Shown here: positions 31,101-48,000 of the stretch, piece by piece
Layout of the letters: each line of letters starts with the position of its first letter
How positions within the stretch are numbered: the first letter of the stretch is position 1
NCBI GenBank assembly: GCA_964016885.1
Contig: OZ024744.1
Coordinates: 110,360,001-110,424,000 of the forward strand
Reading direction: 5' to 3'
Source: Eledone cirrhosa
Lineage: Eukaryota
Length of the DNA stretch: 64,000 bases
The notes under the pieces: model-generated
What the model was told of the DNA's origin: nothing
Databases searched by the model: none
Seen by the model: the letters and a program-made list of their open reading frames with translations, nothing else
Translations under genes and position numbers: made by a program

Positions 31101-34100
31101 ATCCACTATAACTTAGCTTGCACTGAACACAGTAAAACTACACAATCCACTATAACTTAACTTGCTCTGAACACAGTAAAACTACACAATCCTCTATAAC
31201 TTACCTTGCTCTGAACACAGTAAAACTAAATAATCCACTATAACTTGCCTTGCCCTGAACACACTAAAACTACACAATCTTCTATAACTTACCTTGCTCT
31301 GAACACAGTAAAACTAGACAATCCCCTATACCTTACCTTGCTCTGAACACAGTAAAACTACACCATCCACTATAACTTACCTTGCCCTGAACACAGTAAG
31401 ACTACACAATCCACTATAACTTAAATTGCCCTGAACTCAGTAAAACTACATAATCCACTGTACTTACATTGCCCTGAACACAGTAAAACTACACAACCCA
31501 CTATAACTTACCTAGCCCTGAACACAGTAAAACTACACAACCCACTATAACTTACCTAGCACTGAACACAGTAAAACTACATAATCCACTATAACTTACC
31601 TTCCCCTGAACACAGTAAAACTACACAATCCACTATAACTTACCTTGCCCTGAACACAGTAAAACTACACGATCCACTATAAATTACCTTGCCCTGAACA
31701 CAGTAAAACTACACAATCCACTATAACACACCTTCCCCTGAACACAGTAAAACTACACAATCCACTATAACTTACCTTGTCCTGAACACACTAAAACTAC
31801 ACAATCCACTATAACTTAACTGGCCCTGAACACAGTAAAATTACACAATCCACTATAACTTAGCTTGCACTGAACACAGTAAAACTACACAATCCACTAT
31901 AACTTAACTTGCTCTGAACACAGTAAAACTACACAATCCTCTATAACTTACCTTGCTCTGAACACAGTAAAACTAAATAATCCACTATAACTTGCCTTGC
32001 CCTGAACACACTAAAACTACACAATCTTCTATAACTTACCTTGCTCTGAACACAGTAAAACTAGACAATCCCCTATACCTTACCTTGCTCTGAACACAGT
32101 AAAACTACACCATCCACTATAACTTACCTTGCCCTGAACACAGTAAGACTACACAATCCACTATAACTTAAATTGCCCTGAACTCAGTAAAACTACATAA
32201 TCCACTGTACTTACATTGCCCTGAACACAGTAAAACTACACAACCCACTATAACTTACCTAGCCCTGAACACAGTAAAACTACACAACCCACTATAACTT
32301 ACCTAGCACTGAACACAGTAAAAGTACATAATCCACTATAACTTACCTTGCTCTGAACACAGTATAACTTACCTTGCTCTGAAGACAGTAAAACTACACA
32401 ATCCACTTTAACTTACCTTTCTCTGAACACAGTAAAACTACATAATCCACTATAACTTACCTTGCTCTGAACACAGTAAAACTACACAATCCACTATAAC
32501 TTACCTTGCCCTGAACACAGTAAAACTACGTAATCCACTATGACTTACCTTGCCCTGAACACAGTAAAACTACACAATCCACTATAACTTAACTGGCCCT
32601 GAACACAGGAAAACTACAGAATCCACTATAACTTACCTTGCCCTGAACACAGTAAAACTACACAATCCACTATAACTTAAATTGCCCTGAACTCAGTAAA
32701 ACTACATAATCCGCTGTAACTTACCTTGCCCTGAACACAGTAAAACTACACAACCCACTATAACATACCTTGCTCTGAACACAGCAAAACTACACAATCC
32801 ACTATAACTTACCTTGCCCTGAACACAGTAAAACTACACAATCCACTATAACTTACCTTGCCCTGAACACAGTAAAAGTACATAATCCACTATAACTTAC
32901 GTTGCCCTGAACACAGTATAACTTACCTAGCTCTGAACACAGTAAAACTACACAATCCAATTTAACTTACCTTGCTCTGAACACAGTAAAACTACACAAT
33001 CCACTTTAACTTACCTTGCTCTGAACACAGTAAAACTACACAATCCACCTTAACTTACCTTGCTCTGAACACAGTAAAACTACGTAATCCACTATAACTT
33101 ACCTTGCCCTGAACACAGTAAAACTACACAATCCACTATAATTTACCTTGCCCTGAACACAGTAAAACTACACAATCCACTATAACTTACCTTGCTCTGA
33201 ACACAGTAAAACTACATAATCCACTATAACTTACCTTGCCCTGAACACAGTAAAACTACACGATCCACTATAACTTACCTTGCCCTGAACACAGTAAAAC
33301 TACACCATCCACTATAAATTATGTTGCCATGAACATACTAAAACTACACGATCTTCTATAACTTACCTTGCCCTGAACACAGTAAAACCACACAATCCAC
33401 TATAACTTACCTTGCCCTGAACACAGTAAAACTACACAATCCACTATAACTTACCTTGCCCTGAACACAGTAAAACTACACGATCCACTATAACTTACCT
33501 TGCCCTGAACACAGTAAAACTACACGATCCACTATAACTTACCTTGCCCTGAACACAGTAAAACTACACAATCCACTATAACTAACCTTGCTCTGAACAC
33601 AGTAAAACTACACAATCCACTATAACTTACCTTGTCCTGAACACACTAAAACTACACAATCCACTATAACTTAACTGGCCCTGAACACAGTAAAACTACA
33701 CAATCCACTATAACTTAGCTTGCACTGAACACAGTAAAACTACACAATCCACTATAACTTACCTTGCCCTGAACACAGTAAAACTACACAATCCACTTCA
33801 ACTTACCTTGCTCTGAACACAGTAAAACTACACAATGTACTATAACTTACCTTGCCCTGAACACAGTAAAATTACACAATCCACTATAACTAACCTTGCC
33901 CTGAACACAGTAAAACTACACAATCCACTATAACTTACTTTGCTCTGAACACAGTAAAACTACACAATCCACCTTAACTTACCTTGCTCTTAACACAGTA
34001 AAACTACACAATCCACTTCAACTTACCTTGCTCTGAACACAGTAAAACTACACAATCCACTATAACTTACCTTGCCCTGAACACAAGAAAATTACACAAT

Positions 34101-37100
34101 CCAGTATAACTTACTTTGCCCTGAACACAGTAAAACTACATAATCCACTATAACTTAACATGCTCTGAACACAGTAAAACTACACAACCCACTATAACTT
34201 ACCTTGCCTTGAACACAGTAAAACTACACAATCCACAATAACTTACCTTGCCCTGAACATAGTAAAACTACGTAATCCACTATAACTTACCTTCCTCTAA
34301 ACACAGTAAAACTACACAATCCACTATAACTTACCTTGCCCAGAACACAGTAAAACTACGTAATCCACTATAACTTACCTTGCCCTGAACACAGTAAAAC
34401 TACACAATCCACTATAATTTACCTTGCCCTGAACACAGTAAAACTACGCAATCCACTATAACTTACCTTGCTCTGAACACAGTAAAACTACATAATCCAC
34501 TATAACTTACCTTGATCTGAACACAGTAAAACTAACACAATCCACTATGACTTACCTTGCCCTGAACACAGTAAAACTACACCATCCACTATAAATTACG
34601 TTGCCATGAACATACTAAAACTACACGATCTTCTATAACTTACCTTGCCCTGAACACAGTAAAACCACACAATCCACTATAACTTACCTTGCCCTGAACA
34701 CAGTAAAACTACACAATCAACTATAACTTACCTTGCCCTGAACACAGTAAAACTACACGATCCACTATAACTTACCTTGCCCTGAACACAGTAAAACTAC
34801 ACGATCCACTATAACTTACCTTGCCCTGAACACAGTAAAACTACACAATCCACTATAACTAACCTTGCTCTGAACACAGTAAAACTACACAATCCACTAT
34901 AACTTACCTTGCCCTGAACACAGTAAAACTACACAATCCACTATAACTAACCTTGCTCTGAACACAGTAAAACTATACAATCCACCATAACTTACCTTGC
35001 CCTGAACACAGTAAAACTACACAATCCACTATAACTTACCTTGACCTGAACAGAGTAAAACTACACAATCCACTATAACTTACCTTGCCCTGAACACACT
35101 AAAACTACACAATCCACTATAACTTAACTGGCCCTGAACACAGTAAAACTACACAATCCACTATAACTTACCTTGCACTGAAAACAGTAAAACTACACAA
35201 CCCACTATGATTTACCTTGCTCTGAACACAGTAAAACTACACAATCCACTATAACTTACCTTGCCCTGAATATAGTATAAGAACGTAATCCACTATAACT
35301 TACCTTCCTTTGAACACAGTAAAACTACACAATCCACTATAATTTACCTTGCCCTGAACACAGTAAAACTACAAGATCCACTATAACTTACCTTGCTCTG
35401 AACACAGTAAAACTACATAATCCACTATAACTTAACTTGCCCTGAACACAGTAAAACTAACACAATCCACTATAACTTACCTTGCCCTGAACACAGTAAA
35501 ACTACACAATCCACTATAACTTACCTTGCCCTGAACACAGTAAAACTGCATAATCCACTATAACTTCCCTTGCCCTGAAAACAGTAAAACTACACAATCC
35601 ACTATAACTTACCTTGCTCTGAACACAGTAAAACTACACAATCCACTATAACTTACCTGGCTCTGAACACAGTGAAACTACACAATCCACTATAACTTAC
35701 CTTGCTCTGAACACAGTAAAACTAAATAATCCACTATAACTTACCTTGCCCTGAACACAGTAAAACTACACAATCCACTATAACTTACCTTGCTCTGAAC
35801 ACAGTAAAACTACACAATCCACCATAACTTACCTTGCCCTGAACACAGTAAAAGAACACAATCTTCTATAACTTACCTTGCCCTGAATACAGTAAAACTA
35901 CACAATCCACTATAACTTACCTTCCTCTAAACACAGTAAAACTACACAATCCACTATAACTTACCTTGCCCTGAACACAGTAAAACTACACAATCCACTT
36001 CAACTTACCTTGCTCTGAACACAGTAAAACTACACAATCCACTATAACTTACCTTGCCCTGAACACAGTAAAACTACATAATCCACTATAACTTACCTTG
36101 ACTTGAACACAGTAAAACTACACCATCCACTATAAATTACCTTGCCCTGAACACAGTAAAACTACACAATCCACTATAACTTACCTTGACCTGAACACAG
36201 TAAAACTACACAATCCACTATAACTTACCTTGCCCTGAACACAGTAAAACTACACAATCCACTATAACTTACCTTCCATTGAACACAGTAAAACTACACA
36301 ATCCACTATAATTTACCTTGCCCTGAACACAGTAAACTACAAGATCCACTATAACTTACCTTGCTCTGAACACAGTAAAACTACATAATCCACTATAACT
36401 TACCTTGCCCTGAACACAGTAAAACTAACACAATCCACTATAACTTACCTTGCCCTGAACACAGTAAAACTACACAATCCACTATAAATTACGTTGCCCT
36501 GAACATACTAAAACTACACAATCTTCTATAACTTACCTTGCCCTGAACACAGTAAAACTACACAATCCACTGTAACTTACCATGCCCTGAACACAGTAAA
36601 ACTACACAATCCACTATAACTTACCTTGCCCTGAACACAGTAAAATTACACAATCCACTATAACTTAGCTTGCACTGAACACAGTAAAACTACACAATCC
36701 ACTATAACTTAACTTGCTCTGAACACAGTAAAACTACACAATCCTCTATAACTTACCTTGCTCTGAACACAGTAAAACTAAATAATCCACTATAACTTGC
36801 CTTGCCCTGAACACACTAAAACTACACAATCTTCTATAACTTACCTTGCTCTGAACACAGTAAAACTAGACAATCCCCTATACCTTACCTTGCTCTGAAC
36901 ACAGTAAAACTACACCATCCACTATAACTTACCTTGCCCTGAACACAGTAAGACTACACAATCCACTATAACTTAAATTGCCCTGAACTCAGTAAAACTA
37001 CATAATCCACTGTACTTACATTGCCCTGAACACAGTAAAACTACACAACCCACTATAACTTACCTAGCCCTGAACACAGTAAAACTACACAACCCACTAT

Positions 37101-39186
37101 AACTTACCTAGCACTGAACACAGTAAAACTACATAATCCACTATAACTTACCTTCCCCTGAACACAGTAAAACTACACAATCCACTATAACTTACCTTGC
37201 CCTGAACACAGTAAAACTACACGATCCACTATAAATTACCTTGCCCTGAACACAGTAAAACTACACAATCCACTATAACACACCTTCCCCTGAACACAGT
37301 AAAACTACACAATCCACTATAACTTACCTTGTCCTGAACACACTAAAACTACACAATCCACTATAACTTAACTGGCCCTGAACACAGTAAAATTACACAA
37401 TCCACTATAACTTAGCTTGCACTGAACACAGTAAAACTACACAATCCACTATAACTTAACTTGCTCTGAACACAGTAAAACTACACAATCCTCTATAACT
37501 TACCTTGCTCTGAACACAGTAAAACTAAATAATCCACTATAACTTGCCTTGCCCTGAACACACTAAAACTACACAATCTTCTATAACTTACCTTGCTCTG
37601 AACACAGTAAAACTAGACAATCCCCTATACCTTACCTTGCTCTGAACACAGTAAAACTACACCATCCACTATAACTTACCTTGCCCTGAACACAGTAAGA
37701 CTACACAATCCACTATAACTTAAATTGCCCTGAACTCAGTAAAACTACATAATCCACTGTACTTACATTGCCCTGAACACAGTAAAACTACACAACCCAC
37801 TATAACTTACCTAGCCCTGAACACAGTAAAACTACACAACCCACTATAACTTACCTAGCACTGAACACAGTAAAAGTACATAATCCACTATAACTTACCT
37901 TGCTCTGAACACAGTATAACTTACCTTGCTCTGAAGACAGTAAAACTACACAATCCACTTTAACTTACCTTTCTCTGAACACAGTAAAACTACATAATCC
38001 ACTATAACTTACCTTGCTCTGAACACAGTAAAACTACACAATCCACTATAACTTACCTTGCCCTGAACACAGTAAAACTACGTAATCCACTATGACTTAC
38101 CTTGCCCTGAACACAGTAAAACTACACAATCCACTATAACTTAACTGGCCCTGAACACAGGAAAACTACAGAATCCACTATAACTTACCTTGCCCTGAAC
38201 ACAGTAAAACTACACAATCCACTATAACTTAAATTGCCCTGAACTCAGTAAAACTACATAATCCGCTGTAACTTACCTTGCCCTGAACACAGTAAAACTA
38301 CACAACCCACTATAACATACCTTGCTCTGAACACAGCAAAACTACACAATCCACTATAACTTACCTTGCCCTGAACACAGTAAAACTACACAATCCACTA
38401 TAACTTACCTTGCCCTGAACACAGTAAAAGTACATAATCCACTATAACTTACGTTGCCCTGAACACAGTATAACTTACCTAGCTCTGAACACAGTAAAAC
38501 TACACAATCCAATTTAACTTACCTTGCTCTGAACACAGTAAAACTACACAATCCACTTTAACTTACCTTGCTCTGAACACAGTAAAACTACACAATCCAC
38601 CTTAACTTACCTTGCTCTGAACACAGTAAAACTACGTAATCCACTATAACTTACCTTGCCCTGAACACAGTAAAACTACACAATCCACTATAATTTACCT
38701 TGCCCTGAACACAGTAAAACTACACAATCCACTATAACTTACCTTGCTCTGAACACAGTAAAACTACATAATCCACTATAACTTACCTTGCCCTGAACAC
38801 AGTAAAACTACACGATCCACTATAACTTACCTTGCCCTGAACACAGTAAAACTACACCATCCACTATAAATTATGTTGCCATGAACATACTAAAACTACA
38901 CGATCTTCTATAACTTACCTTGCCCTGAACACAGTAAAACCACACAATCCACTATAACTTACCTTGCCCTGAACACAGTAAAACTACACAATCCACTATA
39001 ACTTACCTTGCCCTGAACACAGTAAAACTACACGATCCACTATAACTTACCTTGCCCTGAACACAGTAAAACTACACGATCCACTATAACTTACCTTGCC
39101 CTGAACACAGTAAAACTACACAATCCACTATAACTAACCTTGCTCTGAACACAGTAAAACTACACAATCCACTATAACTTACCTTG
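28127..39186. repeat. Near-identical tandem duplication, offset 5552 bp, containing a nested 747-bp duplication
   Basis: CAATGTAC at 28281/33833 and 26-bp deletion junctions at 32361/37913 and 32911/38463, all offset 5552. Nested CTAGACAATCCCC at 31314/32061 (offset 747). Confidence 0.92.
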
Positions 39187-40999
39187 CCCTGAACACAGTA
39201 AAACTACACAATCCACTATAACTAACCTTGCTCTGAACACAAAAAAATATACAATCCACCATAACTTACCTTGCCCTGAACACAGTAAAACTACATAATC
39301 CACTATAACTTAACTTGCTCTGAACACAGTAAAACTACACAACCCACTATAACTTACCTTGCCTTGAACACAGTAAAACTACACAATCCACAATAACTTA
39401 CCTTGCCCTGAACATAGTAAAACTACGTAATCCACTATAACTTACCTTCCTCTAAACACAGTAAAACTACACAATCCACTATAACTTACCTTGCCCAGAA
39501 CACAGTAAAACTACGTAATCCACTATAACTTACCTTGCCCTGAACACAGTAAAACTACACAATCCACTATAATTTACCTTGCCCTGAACACAGTAAAACT
39601 ACGCAATCCACTATAACTTACCTTGCTCTGAACACAGTAAAACTACATAATCCACTATAACTTACCTTGCCCTGAACACAGTAAAACTAACACAATCCAC
39701 TATAACTTACCTTGCCCTGAACACAGTAAAACTACACCATCCACTATAAATTATGTTGCCATGAACATACTAAAACTACACGATCTTCTATAACTTACCT
39801 TGCCCTGAACACAGTAAAACCACACAATCCACTATAACTTACCTTGCCCTGAACACAGTAAAACTACACAATCCACTATAACTTACCTTGCCCTGAACAC
39901 AGTAAAACTACACGATCCACTATAACTTACCTTGCCCTGAACACAGTAAAACTACACAATCCACTATAACTAACCTTGCTCTGAACACAGTAAAACTACA
40001 CAATCCACTATAACTTACCTTGCCCTGAACACAGTAAAACTACACAATCCACTATAACGAACCTTGCTCTGAACACAGTAAAACTATACAATCCACCATA
40101 ACTTACCTTGCCCTGAACACAGTAAAACTACACAATCCACTATAACTTACCTTGACCTGAACAGAGTAAAACTACACAATCCACTATAACTTACCTTGCC
40201 CTGAACACACTAAAACTACACAATCCACTATAACTTAACTGGCCCTGAACACAGTAAAACTACACAATCCACTATAACTTACCTTGCACTGAAAACAGTA
40301 AAACTACACAACCCACTATGACTTACCTTGCTCTGAACACAGTAAAACTACACAATCCACTATAACTTACCTTGCCCTGAATATAGTATAAGAACGTAAT
40401 CCACTATAACTTACCTTCCTTTGAACACAGTAAAACTACACAATCCACTATAATTTACCTTGCCCTGAACACAGTAAAACTACAAGATCCACTATAACTT
40501 ACCTTGCTCTGAACACAGTAAAACTACATAATCCACTATAACTTAACTTGCCCTGAACACAGTAAAACTAACACAATCCACTATAACTTACCTTGCCCTG
40601 AACACAGTAAAACTACACAATCCACTATAACTTACCTTGCCCTGAACACAGTAAAACTGCATAATCCACTATAACTTACCTTGCCCTGAAAACAGTAAAA
40701 CTACACAATCCACTATAACTTACCTTGCTCTGAACACAGTAAAACTACACAATCCACTATAACTTACCTGGCTCTGAACACAGTGAATCTACACAATCCA
40801 CTATAACTTACCTTGCTCTGAACACAGTAAAACTAAATAATCCACTATAACTTACCTTGCCCTGAACACAGTAAAACTACACAATCCACTATAACTTACC
40901 TTGCTCTGAACACAGTAAAACTACACAATCCACCATAACTTACCTTGCCCTGAACACAGTAAAAGAACACAATCTTCTATAACTTACCTTGCCCTGAAT

Positions 41000-43900
41000 A
41001 CAGTAAAACTACACAATCCACTATAACTTACCTTCCTCTAAACACAGTAAAACTACACAATCCACTATAACTTACCTTGCCCTGAACACAGTAAAACTAC
41101 ACAATCCACTTCAACTTACCTTGCTCTGAACACAGTAAAACTACACAATCCACTATAACTTACCTTGCCCTGAACACAGTAAAACTACATAATCCACTAT
41201 AACTTACCTTGACTTGAACACAGTAAAACTACACCATCCACTATAAATTACCTTGCCCTGAACACAGTAAAACTACACAATCCACTATAACTTACCTTGA
41301 CCTGAACACAGTAAAACTACACAATCCACTATAACTTACCTTGCCCTGAACACAGTAAAACTACACAATCCACTATAACTTACCTTCCATTGAACACAGT
41401 AAAACTACACAATCCACTATAATTTACCTTGCCCTGAACACAGTAAACTACAAGATCCACTATAACTTACCTTGCTCTGAACACAGTAAAACTACATAAT
41501 CCACTATAACTTACCTTGCCCTGAACACAGTAAAACTAACACAATCCACTATAACTTACCTTGCCCTGAACACAGTAAAACTACACAATCCACTATAAAT
41601 TACGTTGCCCTGAACATACTAAAACTACACCATCTTCTATAACTTACCTTGCCCTGAACACAGTAAAACTACACAATCCACTGTAACTTACCATGCCCTG
41701 AACACAGTAAAACTACACAATCCACTATAACTTACCTTGCCCTGAACACAGTAAAACTACACAATCCACTATAACTTACCTTGCCCTGAACACTGTAAAA
41801 CTACATAATCCACTATAACTTACCTTGCCCTGAAATAGTAAAACTACACAAACCACTATAACTTACCTTGCCCTGAACACAGTAAAACTACACAATCCAC
41901 TATAACTTACCTTGCCCTGAACACAGTAAAACTACACGATCCACTATAAATTACCTTGCCCTGAACACAGTAAAACTACACAATCCACTATAACACACCT
42001 TCCCCTGAACACAGTAAAACTACACAATCCACTATAACTTACCTTGTCCTGAACACACTAAAACTACACAATCCACTATAACTTAACTGGCCCTGAACAC
42101 AGTAAAATTACACAATCCACTATAACTTAGCTTGCACTGAACACAGTAAAACTACACAATCCACTATAACTTAACTTGCTCTGAACACAGTAAAACTACA
42201 CAATCCTCTATAACTTACCTTGCTCTGAACACAGTAAAACTAAATAATCCACTATAACTTACCTTGCCCTGAACACACTAAAACTACACAATCTTCTATA
42301 ACTTACCTTGCTCTGAACACAGTAAAACTAGACAATCCCCTATACCTTACCTTGCTCTGAACACAGTAAAACTACACCATCCACTATAACTTACCTTGCC
42401 CTGAACACAGTAAAACTACACAATCCACTATAACTTAAATTGCCCTGAACTCAGTAAAACTACATAATCCACTGTACTTACATTGCCCTGAACACAGTAA
42501 AACTACACAACCCACTATAACTTACCTAGCCCTGAACACAGTAAAACTACACAACCCACTATAACTTACCTAGCCCTGAACACAGTAAAAGTACATAATC
42601 CACTATAACTTACCTTGCTCTGAACACAGTATAACTTACCTTGCTCTGAAGACAGTAAAACTACACAATCCACTTTAACTTACCTTTCTCTGAACACAGT
42701 AAAACTACACAATCCACTATAACTTACCTTGCTCTGAACACAGTAAAACTACACAATCCACTATAACTTACCTTGCCCTGAACACAGTAAAACTACGTAA
42801 TCCACTATAACTTACCTTGCCCTGAACACAGTAAAACTACACAATCCACTATAACTTACCTTCCTCTAAACACAGTAAAACTACACAATCCACTATAACT
42901 TACCTTGCCCTGAACACAGTAAAACTACACAATCCACTTCAACTTACCTTGCTCTGAACACAGTAAAACTACACAATCCACTATAACTTACCTTGCCCTG
43001 AACACAGTAAAACTACATAATCCACTATAACTTACCTTGACTTGAACACAGTAAAACTACACCATCCACTATAAATTACCTTGCCCTGAACACAGTAAAA
43101 CTACACAATCCACTATAACTTACCTTGACCTGAACACAGTAAAACTACACAATCCACTATAACTTACCTTGCCCTGAACACAGTAAAACTACGTAATCCA
43201 CTATAACTTACCTTGCCCTGAATACAGTAAAACTACACAATCCACTATAACTTACCTTCCTCTAAACACAGTAAAACTACACAATCCACTATAACTTACC
43301 TTGCCCTGAACACAGTAAAACTACACAATCCACTTCAACTTACCTTGCTCTGAACACAGTAAAACTACACAATCCACTATAACTTACCTTGCCCTGAACA
43401 CAGTAAAACTACATAATCCACTATAACTTACCTTGACTTGAACACAGTAAAACTACACCATCCACTATAAATTACCTTGCCCTGAACACAGTAAAACTAC
43501 ACAATCCACTATAACTTACCTTGACCTGAACACAGTAAAACTACACAATCCACTATAACTTACCTTGCCCTGAACACAGTAAAACTACACAATCCACTAT
43601 AACTTACCTTCCATTGAACACAGTAAAACTACACAATCCACTATAATTTACCTTGCCCTGAACACAGTAAACTACAAGATCCACTATAACTTACCTTGCT
43701 CTGAACACAGTAAAACTACATAATCCACTATAACTTACCTTGCCCTGAACACAGTAAAACTAACACAATCCACTATAACTTACCTTGCCCTGAACACAGT
43801 AAAACTACACAATCCACTATAAATTACGTTGCCCTGAACATACTAAAACTACACCATCTTCTATAACTTACCTTGCCCTGAACACAGTAAAACTACACAA

Positions 43901-45060
43901 TCCACTGTAACTTACCATGCCCTGAACACAGTAAAACTACACAATCCACTATAACTTACCTTGCCCTGAACACAGTAAAACTACACAATCCACTATAACT
44001 TACCTTGCCCTGAACACTGTAAAACTACATAATCCACTATAACTTACCTTGCCCTGAAATAGTAAAACTACACAAACCACTATAACTTACCTTGCCCTGA
44101 ACACAGTAAAACTACACAATCCACTATAACTTACCTTGCCCTGAACACAGTAAAACTACACGATCCACTATAAATTACCTTGCCCTGAACACAGTAAAAC
44201 TACACAATCCACTATAACACACCTTCCCCTGAACACAGTAAAACTACACAATCCACTATAACTTACCTTGTCCTGAACACACTAAAACTACACAATCCAC
44301 TATAACTTAACTGGCCCTGAACACAGTAAAATTACACAATCCACTATAACTTAGCTTGCACTGAACACAGTAAAACTACACAATCCACTATAACTTAACT
44401 TGCTCTGAACACAGTAAAACTACACAATCCTCTATAACTTACCTTGCTCTGAACACAGTAAAACTAAATAATCCACTATAACTTACCTTGCCCTGAACAC
44501 ACTAAAACTACACAATCTTCTATAACTTACCTTGCTCTGAACACAGTAAAACTAGACAATCCCCTATACCTTACCTTGCTCTGAACACAGTAAAACTACA
44601 CCATCCACTATAACTTACCTTGCCCTGAACACAGTAAAACTACACAATCCACTATAACTTAAATTGCCCTGAACTCAGTAAAACTACATAATCCACTGTA
44701 CTTACATTGCCCTGAACACAGTAAAACTACACAACCCACTATAACTTACCTAGCCCTGAACACAGTAAAACTACACAACCCACTATAACTTACCTAGCCC
44801 TGAACACAGTAAAAGTACATAATCCACTATAACTTACCTTGCTCTGAACACAGTATATCTTACCTTGCTCTGAAGACAGTAAAACTACACAATCCACTTT
44901 AACTTACCTTTCTCTGAACACAGTAAAACTACACAATCCACTATAACTTACCTTGCTCTGAACACAGTAAAACTACACAATCCACTATAACTTACCTTGC
45001 CCTGAACACAGTAAAACTACGTAATCCACTATAACTTACCTTGCCCTGAACACAGTAAAA
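41000..45060. repeat. Higher-order duplication, offset 2224 bp, with a nested 396-bp (9-monomer) repeat at the junction
   Basis: TGAAATAGT at 41831/44055 (offset 2224). GACTTGAAC at 43039/43435 (offset 396). Ends approximate. Confidence 0.8.
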
Positions 45061-48000
45061 CTACACAATCCACTATAACTTAACTGGCCCTGAACACAGG
45101 AAAACTACAGAAGCCACTATAACTTACCTTGCCCTGAACACAGTAAAACTACACAATCCACTATAACTTAAATTGCCCTGAACTCAGTAAAACTACATAA
45201 TCCGCTGTAACTTACCTTGCCCTGAACACAGTAAAACTACACAACCCACTATAACATACCTTGCTCTGAACACAGCAAAACTACACAATCCACTATAACT
45301 TACCTTGCCCTGAACACAGTAAAACTACACAATCCACTATAACTTACCTTGCCCTGAACACAGTAAAAGTACATAATCCACTATAACTTACGTTGCCCTG
45401 AACACAGTATAACTTACCTAGCTCTGAACACAGTAAAACTACACAATCCAATTTAACTTACCTTGCTCTGAACACAGTAAAACTACACGATCCACTTTAA
45501 CTTACCTTGCTCTGAACACAGTAAAACTACACAATCCACCTTAACTTACCTTGCTCTGAACACAGTAAAACTACGTAATCCACTATAACTTACCTTCCTC
45601 TAAACACAGTAAAACTACACAATCCACTATAACTTACCTTGCCCAGAACACAGTAAAACTACGTAATCCACTATAACTTACCTTGCCCTGAACACAGTAA
45701 AACTACACAATCCACTATAATTTACCTTGCCCTGAACACAGTAAAACTACACAATCCACTATAACTTACCTTGCTCTGAACACAGTAAAACTACATAATC
45801 CACTATAACTTACCTTGCCCTGAACACAGTAAAACTACACGATCCACTATAACTTACCTTGCCCTGAACACAGTAAAACTACACCATCCACTATAAATTA
45901 TGTTGCCATGAACATACTAAAACTACACGATCTTCTATAACTTACCTTGCCCTGAACACAGTAAAACCACACAATCCACTATAACTTACCTTGCCCTGAA
46001 CACAGTAAAACTACACAATCCACTATAACTTACCTTGCCCTGAACACAGTAAAACTACACGATCCACTATAACTTACCTTGCCCTGAACACAGTAAAACT
46101 ACACGATCCACTATAACTTACCTTGCCCTGAACACAGTAAAACTACACAATCCACTATAACTAACCTTGCTCTGAACACAGTAAAACTACACAATCCACT
46201 ATAACTTACCTTGCCCTGAACACAGTAAAACTACACAATCCACTATAACTAACCTTGCTCTGAACACAAAAAACTATACAATCCACCATAACTTACCTTG
46301 CCCTGAACACAGTAAAACTACACAATCCACTATAACTTACCTTGACCTGAACAGAGTAAAACTACACAATCCACTATAACTTACCTTGCCCTGAACACAC
46401 TAAAACTACACAATCCACTATCACTTAACTGGCCCTGAACACAGTAAAACTACACAATCCACTATAACTTACCTTGCACTGAAAACAGTAAAACTACACA
46501 ACCCACTATGACTTACTTTGCTCTGAACACAGTAAAACTACACAATCCACTATAACTTACCTTGCCCTGAATATAGTAAAAGAACGTAATCCACTATAAC
46601 TTACCTTCCTTTGAACACAGTAAAACTACACAATCCACTATAATTTACCTTGCCCTGAACACAGTAAAACTACAAGATCCACTATAACTTACCTTGCTCT
46701 GAACACAGTAAAACTACATAATCCATTATAACTTAACTTGCCCTGAACACAGTAAAACTAACACAATCCACTATAACTTACCTTGCCCTGAACACAGTAA
46801 AACTACACAATCCACTATAACTTACCTTGCCCTGAACACAGTAAAACTGCATAATCCACTATAACTTACCTTGCCCTGAAAACAGTAAAACTACACAATC
46901 CACTACAACTTACCTTGCTCTGAACACAGTAAAACTACACAATCCACTATAACTTACCTGGCTCTGAACACAGTGAAACTACACAATCCACTATAACTTA
47001 CCTTGCTCTGAACACAGTAAAACTAACACAATCAACTATAGCTTACCTTGCCCTGAACACAGTAAAACTACACAATCCACTATAAATTACCTTGCTCTGA
47101 ACACAGTAAAACTAACACAATCAACTATAACTTACCTCGCCCTGAACACACTAAAACTACACAATCCACTATAAATTACCTTGCTCTGAACACAGTAAAA
47201 CTACATAATCCACTATAACTTACCTTGCCCTGAACACAGTAAAACTACACAATCCACTATAAATTACCTTGCTCTGAACACAGTAAAACTACACAATCCA
47301 CTATAACTTACCTTGCCTTGAAGACAGTAAAACTACACAATCCACTATAACTTACCTTGCCCTGAACACAGTAAAAGTACATAATCCACTATAACTTACG
47401 TTGCCCTGAACACAGTATAACTTACCTAGCTCTGAACACAGTAAAACTACACAATCCAATTTAACTTACCTTGCTCTGAACACAGTAAAACTACACGATC
47501 CACTTTAACTTACCTTGCTCTGAACACAGTAAAACTACACAATCCACCTTAACTTACCTTGCTCTGAACACAGTAAAACTACGTAATCCACTATAACTTA
47601 CCTTCCTCTAAACACAGTAAAACTACACAATCCACTATAACTTACCTTGCCCAGAACACAGTAAAACTACGTAATCCACTATAACTTACCTTGCCCTGAA
47701 CACAGTAAAACTACACAATCCACTATAATTTACCTTGCCCTGAACACAGTAAAACTACACAATCCACTATAACTTACCTTGCTCTGAACACAGTAAAACT
47801 ACACAATCCACTATAACTTACCTTGCCCTGAACACAGTAAAACTACGTAATCCACTATAACTTACCTTGCCCTGAACACAGTAAAACTACACAATCCACT
47901 ATAACTTACCTTCCTCTAAACACAGTAAAACTACACAATCCACTATAACTTACCTTGCCCTGAACACAGTAAAACTACACAATCCACTTCAACTTACCTT

